Source: Amoeboaphelidium protococcarum X5 (Eukaryota > Fungi > Aphelidiomycota). Taken from it: a DNA stretch of 64,000 bases. Positions 63,358 to 64,000 of the stretch are shown piece after piece. Below the pieces are notes generated by a model. The model was not told the DNA's origin. It saw only the letters and a list, made by a program, of their open reading frames with translations, and made no database searches. A program made the position numbers and the translations under genes. Location: NCBI GenBank assembly GCA_023515725.1, contig JALDTO010000206.1:112441-176440 (forward strand). Direction: 5' to 3'. Position 1 is the first letter of the stretch. The number at the start of each line of letters is the position of its first letter.

Positions 63358-64000
63358 ATGTCGCTACAAAATTGTCGCTAACACGATCAAACGAATGTCG
63401 CTGACAATGTTGTTGACAATGTCGCTACATAAACTGCGCGTGCGACCAACACTGTTTCAGAAATATCAGCTTCAGTATCAGATATACAGTTGCCTATATC
63501 TGACTCTGATATCAGCATTCAAAATAAAAAGTGCCGTGAGAAGCCTAAAAGAAAGTCGTAGTCAAAATATAGTATGATTTAATTTCCAATCTCAATACTT
63601 ATTTCATTACTTTTGTAGAGCGAACTTCACTGTTAAGAGAGATTTTGAGAATGAACACTACCAATGGAATGTCCATCAGCAATTATGTCCCTCCTCCTGG
63701 TGCAAGGAAGATCAAGAGGCAGAGAGAAGACGCAGAAAATGCACCGATCCATCCTGGTAAGACTTGGAAGTGCCCGATATGTAAAAATCTTCATTTCCCA
63801 TCTAATAAGAAGCCGCACACTAAATTTTGTTTGGAATAGTTAAAGAAGAACAACAGTATCGCAGGTTCCGCGAATACTTTGTCAAGTTGGCTGACTGGAG
63901 CATCCTTACAATCAGTGGACTCTTTCGCTAATGTACCAGTTCATCAATCCGCGTCTGATCAGACGCCTGAAACAAATGATATTAATGCTCATCATGATAC
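63358..64000 (+). CDS. Protein with a UBZ4-like C2HC zinc finger, runs off the right edge; probable intron 63572-63618
   Basis: ATG 63358 (MSLQNCRQHDQTNVADNVVDNVAT...) splices in frame via GTATGA...TTTGTAG into WKCPICKNLHFPSNKKPHTKFC (C-x2-C-x11-H-x3-C). An alternative start at 63651 needs no intron. Confidence 0.6.
63572..63618 (+). other. Probable spliceosomal intron, 47 nt
   Basis: GTATGA...TTTTGTAG, AT-rich, joining two open frames. Not anchored by homology. Confidence 0.6.

Noticed and set aside
63358-63430. Repeated TGTCGCT words suggesting transposon subterminal repeats
   Set aside because: Better explained as coding repeats (NVADNVVDNVAT) in exon 1 of the zinc-finger gene. No TIR or transposase motif was seen.
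1-64000. Mass pseudogenisation or sequencing error as the cause of in-frame stops
   Set aside because: Interruptions are only TAA/TAG, fall at Gln positions, leave frames intact, and occur in essential genes such as eIF5A, Prp4 and Kri1.
1-64000. Most short ORFs in the supplied track (e.g. 6315-6875, 19867-20403, 36987-37460, 53176-53589)
   Set aside because: They are antisense or off-frame shadows of the real table-6 genes.

Overview
This is gene-dense, intron-poor eukaryotic nuclear DNA that uses a non-standard genetic code: TAA and TAG encode Gln and TGA is the only stop (NCBI table 6). The supplied standard-code ORF track is therefore fragmented and misses several genes entirely. Retranslating by hand gives about 38 protein-coding genes with short intergenic spacers and 9 inferred short introns. 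Fungal-type genes (Sho1, Yap1/Pap1, Mss51, Kex1, Vcx1, Adp1, Pof10-like, Rua1_C/DUF4451) sit beside genes lost in budding yeast (cactin, FRA10AC1, RBM39-like, CARM1-like). With the code, this points to an early-branching fungal relative, most plausibly the aphelid Amoeboaphelidium protococcarum (inference). Main observations: (1) all 9 inferred introns are GTA...TGTAG, and in two the TGTAG is used while a CAG 5 nt upstream is skipped; (2) a Thg1-like 3'-5' polymerase of the TLP class used for tRNA 5'-editing/repair; (3) a free-standing GBF1/Gea HDS3-only gene; (4) a Crinkler-like P-loop NTPase with a degenerate REase; (5) a PZP+PHD+Rua1_C fusion; (6) a stand-alone glutaredoxin-fold protein resembling the MDH1B N-terminus; (7) a tandem pair of uncharacterised secreted paralogs. 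Coordinates were derived manually, and not every codon of the long genes was checked for an internal TGA. No rRNA, tRNA, CRISPR array or clear transposon was found.
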